A stretch of DNA of 64,000 bases from positions 32,614,001-32,678,000 of the forward strand of contig CM059432.1 of assembly GCA_030390025.1 (NCBI GenBank). Reading direction: 5' to 3'. Position 1 is the stretch's first letter. Each line of letters starts with the position of its first letter. This document shows positions 58,430-64,000 of this stretch, one piece after another. The translations under genes and the position numbers were made by a program. The notes beneath the pieces were generated by a model. The model saw only the letters and a list, made by a program, of their open reading frames with translations, did no database searches and had not been told where the DNA came from. Source of the stretch: Squalus acanthias (taxonomy: Eukaryota).

Positions 58430-59438
58430 CTGTTTCTCTCTCCACGGATGCTGCCTGGCCTGCTGAGTTTTTCCAGCGTTTTCTGTTGTTATTGAGGACA
58501 TTTAATGGAGGGTTTTAAAATTATTCAGGGTTTTGATAGCGAATAGGGAAAGACTATTTACTCTGGTTGGGGAAATTAGTGACAAAGGGTCATCAGTTTA
58601 AAATTGTCACTCATAAAGTGATCAGAAAGACTAGGAGGAATTATATTACGCAAGAGTAGTCTTGGAGAGGGCGCAGAAGAGATTTACCAGAATGGTACCA
58701 GGGATGAGAGGAATTCAGTTATGTGGAGAGACTAGAGAAGCTGGGATTGTTCTCCTTAGAGCAGACAAGGTTAAGTGGAGAGTTAATAGAAGTGTTAAAA
58801 ATTTGGGGGTTCTGATAGAGTAGATAGGGAGAAACTATTTCCGCAGGCAGAAGCATCTGTAGCCAGAGGACACAGATTTTAGTTGATTGGCAAAAAATCC
58901 AGGGGCAAATGAGATTTTTTTTTTTTTTACGCAGCGAGTTGATACGATTTCAAATACACTACCTGAAAGGGTGGTGGAAGCAGATTCAATAGTATCTTTC
59001 AAAATGGAATTGGATATATACTTGAAAAGGAGAAATGTGCAGGGCTATGGGGAAAAGAGCAGGGGAGTGAGATAGCTCTTTCAATGAGCTGGCACAGACA
59101 TGACATGCCGATCGGCGTCTTTCTGTCCTGTATGATTCTATGAATGATTTGCCACAGGGAGTAATTGAGTCAGAGACTACTGCATCTTTTAAGGGAATTT
59201 GGATAAATATTTTGAGCACAGAAAGATGCAGGGCTATGGGGAGACCATGTGGCGGTGAGAGTAGGAGCCAGCAGACATGATGGGTGAAATGGCCTTATTT
59301 TTTGCTGCAAACTTCTATGGTTCTTTTGAACAGTTGTATTAGTCCAGTTTAGTTCAATTTTGCCCTCTTGAAAATGCTTCAGTTACACTCTACATGGACA
59401 GCCATATTAGCACATAAGACAACTTCAAAATTACTTAC

Positions 59439-59875
59439 TTCCTCGCCAAGGTGTTATTGTAGTAACTGAAGAGAGTTGGCCAATGTCGGAATGATAGCTT
59501 CCGCCACATCTCCTCATCCTGAGCTCCCCATGTGATCGCCACTTTAAAATCATTTTCTGGGAGACTGGCCTCACTACGGACCTGCGGCTTGCCATCATCA
59601 GTTATATTTTCAGGAGAGACCAAAGGTAAGGCATCAAGAGGATTTGGATTCTTGTTCTGATCTGTGCCATGTGACTGATTCTCCAGTGGTGGGGATACGT
59701 CAGAAGGGAAACCAGGCAAACTGTTCTTAGTATCTCCCCTTTGGAAAACTCCTGATGGCACTGCTAAGCCACTCTCTCCCAGCGGGCTCTGCTCAGTCAC
59801 CTGTGCTGTTAAAAATGTCCGGAGGCCAGCGGGATCAGTGTAAACCAGGATTCCAATCCATATGACTGTCCCCAC
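59439..59875 (-). CDS. SCAP: SCAP coding exon (TM7 and luminal loop 7); first SCAP exon in the window, 437 nt, phase 0 to 2
   Basis: Translates VGTVIWIGILVYTDPAGLRTFLTAQVTEQSPLGE...WRKLSFRHWPTLFSYYNNTLAR, matching vertebrate SCAP. Acceptor ttttctttttgag, donor gtaagt. Confidence 0.95.
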
Positions 59876-60354
59876 CTCAAAAAGAAAAGTAATTAGATTT
59901 AGGTGTTGTCAAGTCAAGTCCATCACAGTAATTTATTTATGTCATTAAAAAAAGATTTGCATTTATATAGCATATCTCAGAGATACATCACAAAGTACTT
60001 CATATACAATTAAATAAGAGTGACTAAGTAAGCAAATGTGGGAACCATTTTAAGCACGACAGGATCCCACAAACAGCAATGAAGTGAATAGTTAGTTAAT
60101 CCTTTGGTTAAGGTGGAATTCTTAACTGGAGAAAAGGAGAACTGCCTGTTCTCTTTGAATTGCGCAACAGGGTCTTTAACTCCAATGTGAGTCACCGAAA
60201 TAAGCAGATGTCTCATCCAAAGGTCAGCTCCTCCAATAAAGCCGCAGCTTTGATTATAAGCTCATCCTTCCAGTTTGGGTCTGGAAACCTCAACTTTCTG
60301 ACATGGAAGCAAAAGTTTGACCAAGTTGGCAGACATTATAAAAATATAATAGGG

Positions 60355-61825
60355 CAGAATCCATTTCTCGATTCAGGAACCGTTCCTTTAAATTGGAAAA
60401 TTGCGCATGTCATTCGCTATTTAAAAATGGTGAGAGAGGGAAACCAGGGAATTATAGACCAGTTAGCCTAACATCTGTTGTCGGGAAATTGCTAGAGTCT
60501 ATAATTAAGGATAGGGTGACTGAACACCTCGAAAATTTTCAGTTGATCAGGGAGAGCCAGCGTGGATTTGTGAAAGGTAGGTCTTGCCTGACAAACCTGA
60601 AGAGCTGACTAAAGTAGTGGACAGGGGAATGTCTATGGATGTTATTTATCTGGACTTCCAGAAGGCATTTGATAAAGTCCCACATAAGAGACTGTTAACT
60701 AAGGTAGAAGCCCACGGAATTGAGGGCAAATTATTGACCTGGTTAGGAAATTGTCTGAGTGGTAGGAGACAAGCAGTAGGGATAATGGGTATGTACTCAA
60801 ATTGGCAGGATGTGACTAGTGGTGTCCCACAGGGATCTGTGTTGGGGCCTCAACTATTCACAGTATTTATTAACGACTTAGATGATGGCATAGAAAGTCA
60901 TATATCCAAATTTGCCAATGACACAAAGATAGGCGGCACTGTAGGCTGTGTAGATGGAAGCATAAAATTACAAAGGGATATTGACAGATTAAGTGAATGG
61001 GCAAAACTGTCGCAAATGGATTTCAATGTAGGCAAATGTGAGGTCATCCACTTTGGACCTAAAAAGGATAGAACAGGGTACTTTCTAAATGGTGAAAGGC
61101 TAAAAGTAGTGGAGGTCCAAAGAGACTTGGGGGTCCAAGTATACAGATCATTAAAATATCATGAACAGGTACAGAAAATAATCAAAAAGGCTAATGGGAT
61201 GCTGGCCAGAGGACTAGAATATAAGGGGGTAGAAGTTATTCTGCAGCTATACAAAACCCTGGTTAGACCACACCTGGAGTACTGTGAGCAGTTCTGGGCA
61301 CCTCACCATAGGACGGATATATTGGCCTTGGAGGGAGTGCAGCGTAGGTTTACCAGAATGATAACCAGACTTCAAGGGTTAAGTTACGAGGAGAGATTAC
61401 ACAAATTAAGGTTGTATTGCCTAGAATTTAGAAGGTTAAGGGGTGATCAGATCAAAGTTTTCAAGATACAGTATTAGGGGAACAGATAGGGTAGATAGAG
61501 AGAAACAATTTCCGCTGGTTGGGGCTTCTAGGACTAGGAGGCATAGTCTAAAAATTAGAGCCAGACCTTTCAGGAGTGAAATTAGGAAACACTTCTACAC
61601 ACAAAGGGTGGTAGAAGTTTGGAACTCTCTTCCGCAAACGGCAATTGATGCTAGAGCAATTGTTAATTTTAAATCGAGGATTGATAGCTTTCTGTTAACC
61701 AAAGGTATTAAGGGATATGGGCCAACGGCGGGTATATGGAGTTGGGTCGCAGATCAGCCATGATCTCATTGAATGGTGGAGCAGGCTCGAGGGGCTCAAT
61801 GGCCTACTCCTGTTCCTATGTTTCT
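60355..61825 (+). mobile_element. CR1 LINE 3' fragment
   Basis: ORFs 60393-60608, 60584-61477 (YLDFQKAFDKV, GVPQGSVLGP) and 61443-61763. Confidence 0.9.
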
Positions 61826-63099
61826 GTAATGGAATGCTTGTGTCTATGTTACTATGATTGTGCATTGCTTCATCAAGTTGGACACTGCTGCGCTTCTGCT
61901 ACATTTTATTTCCTCTTGCATAACATTCAACTAGGACCCCACATTATCTTTCTACTCAAATATTTTTTTAAGTTCACTTATTTTTCCTCAACTTCTCTCT
62001 ATAATTTCCACATGAGCCAACTGTAACCACATAGAATATTTAACCAAAAGTACAGCATGGGCTCAATAAAAGGGAACTTTCAGAATTGCAATTAACGTAA
62101 TGTTCTAATCACCTAACAGGAGGTAGGCAGCAGAAGAAAGGGGCATTTGATGTAAAGTCAAATGTAAATAGGCCATTCAGCCCAATTTATGTTTCAGAAT
62201 AATGCAGGCCATTTGCATTTACTTTAACATTGGCATCGAGCCAATAATCACTACATTTCTCAATGAATAAGGAATTACTCCTTTTTCCACCAAGTCTGAA
62301 TACAGCACAGCAAGTGGCAGCCTACTGAATAGGCGACTTCACGAATCACTATTCCTCAAATTGTATTGAGAAAAGAATGAAGAAATAAAGAAGGGAGGGA
62401 AGAAGGAAAGAAAGCTGTATTTGAATAGTGCCTCATCATGTCTCTAGACATCCCAGAGCTCTTGATGTACATTTAATTAGTTTTTTTTTTAAGTTTACCA
62501 ACTATTATTATGTAGGTAAACCTGGCAGCTAAATTATGTACAGCAAAGTCCCACAACAGCAAATTAAATGAATGACAAGGTTGCATTTGATTAACTGCTT
62601 CTTTAGCTTACAATTGTGTATTCTAGCCACTCCCTGGTTTCATACTAAAAAGAAACCTTCCAAATCCACTTAAATAATCTCTTAAGATTGAAGAACTTTT
62701 TAGCTTAGTTTGATAGATTAGCGGTAAATCTTCAAATATGAGAGGGGTAAAGTACAAAATAGATATATTCTTATAAAATAAAAAGGGTGCACATCAAAGA
62801 ATAGATTTCTGTGGATAAATAGATTAAAACTAAAGCAAAACTTACAAAGGAGGCATAAGATAAAATTCAGGCTAACAATACTAAAAATAATCATGAGGAG
62901 CAGGGAAAGTGTAGTGAGGAGGTGAAAAGGAGATTATAAGGACTAAAAGGGAATATAAAAAAGGCTAGCAGAAAAGATTTAAAAAAAAGAAAGCTTTTAT
63001 AAGTATATATAAGGAAAAAGAATAGTTAGAGATGGTAGGACTGCTCAGGGATAAAGAGGGAGTCTAACTGTAAAGGATGAAGGTATGGCGGAGACACGA

Positions 63100-64000
63100 A
63101 GAACATAGGAACAGGAGTAGGTCATTTAGCCCCTCGAGCCTGTTCCGCCATTCAATGAGATCATGGCTGATCTGCGACCGAACTCCATATACTTTGGCTC
63201 ATATCGCTTAATACCTTTGGTTAACAAAAAGCTATAAATCTCAGATTTAAAATGAACAATTGATCTAGCATCAATTGCCGTTTGTGGAAGAGAGTTCCAA
63301 ACTTCTACTACCCTTTGTTTTCTAATTTCACTCCTGAAAGGTCTGGCTCTAATTTTTAGACTATGCCCCCTAGTCCTAGACTCCCCAACCAGCGGAAATA
63401 GTTTCTCTCTATCTGCCCTATCTGTTTCCCTTAATATCTTGAAAACTTCAATCAACTCATCCCTGAACCTTCGAAATTCCAGGGAATACAACCCTAATCT
63501 GTGTAATCTTTCCTTGTACTTTAACCCTCGAGTCCAGATATCAATCTGGCAAACCTACACTGTACTCCCGCCAAGGCCAATATACTGTATCCTTCCTAAG
63601 GTGTGGTGCCCAGAACTGCTCACAGTACTCCAGGTGTGGTCTAATCAGGGTTTTGTATAGGTGCAGCATAACTTCTACCCCCTTATTCTAGTCCTCTAGA
63701 TATAAAGACCAGCATTCCATTAGCCTTTTGGATTACTTTCTTTATCTGTTCATGACATTTTAATGATCTATGTACCTGGACCCCCAAGTCTCTTTGGACC
63801 TCCACTGTTTTTAACTTTTCACCATTTAGAAAGTACCCTGTTCTATCTTTTTTAGGTCCAAAGTGGATGATCTCACATTTGCCTACATTGAAATCCATTT
63901 GCCACAGTTTTGTCCATTCATTTAATCTATCAATATCCCGTTGTAATTTTATGCTTTCATCTACACTGCCGCCTATCTTTGTGTCATTGGCAAATTTGGA
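63100..64000 (-). mobile_element. CR1 LINE 3' fragment running off the window; same subfamily as 60355-61825
   Basis: ORFs 63126-63491 and 63683-63898 closely resemble those of the + copy. Confidence 0.9.

Larger units (their letters stand above)
35850..59324 (+). mobile_element. Old CR1 3' fragment forming the outermost host of the nested stack (pieces at about 35850-36330, 44181-44473, 58281-58661 and 59143-59324)
   Basis: Degenerate RT-to-tail sequence is collinear across the junctions (gaggtaat|..ttttggcaag and gactagaat|gatgccagggatg). Confidence 0.7.

Noticed and set aside
59876..64000. Further upstream SCAP exon (sterol-sensing domain or MELADL region)
   Set aside because: No matching peptide found on the minus strand; the region is CR1, SINE and AT-rich intron, so the upstream exons lie outside the window.

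Overview
Eukaryotic genomic DNA, most likely from a cartilaginous fish (shark). This is an inference from the repeat families and the SCAP protein sequence. The window holds the 3' part of SCAP (SREBP cleavage-activating protein) on the minus strand: 11 coding exons from 59875 down to the stop at 4882. All are GT-AG and phase-compatible, and they total 2403 nt (800 aa plus stop), covering the TM7-loop 7-TM8 region and the WD40 domain. The upstream exons lie beyond 64000. The introns are full of transposable elements: many CR1-type LINEs, L2 and SINE fragments, Penelope-like element (PLE) remnants carrying minimal hammerhead-ribozyme motifs, pogo/Tigger-like MITEs, and a PIF/Harbinger family. 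The best-preserved Harbinger (49882-54170) has 12-bp TIRs, a TTA target-site duplication, an uninterrupted 386-aa DDE transposase and a convergent three-exon Myb/SANT-like gene broken only by one extra G in a homopolymer. It lies at the bottom of a five-level nested stack that makes up most of a 26-kb intron, next to two MITEs and a ribozyme-bearing hairpin inserted within about 460 bp of the same host LINE. Exon, TIR and TSD coordinates were read base by base. Boundaries of old LINE and SINE fragments are approximate.
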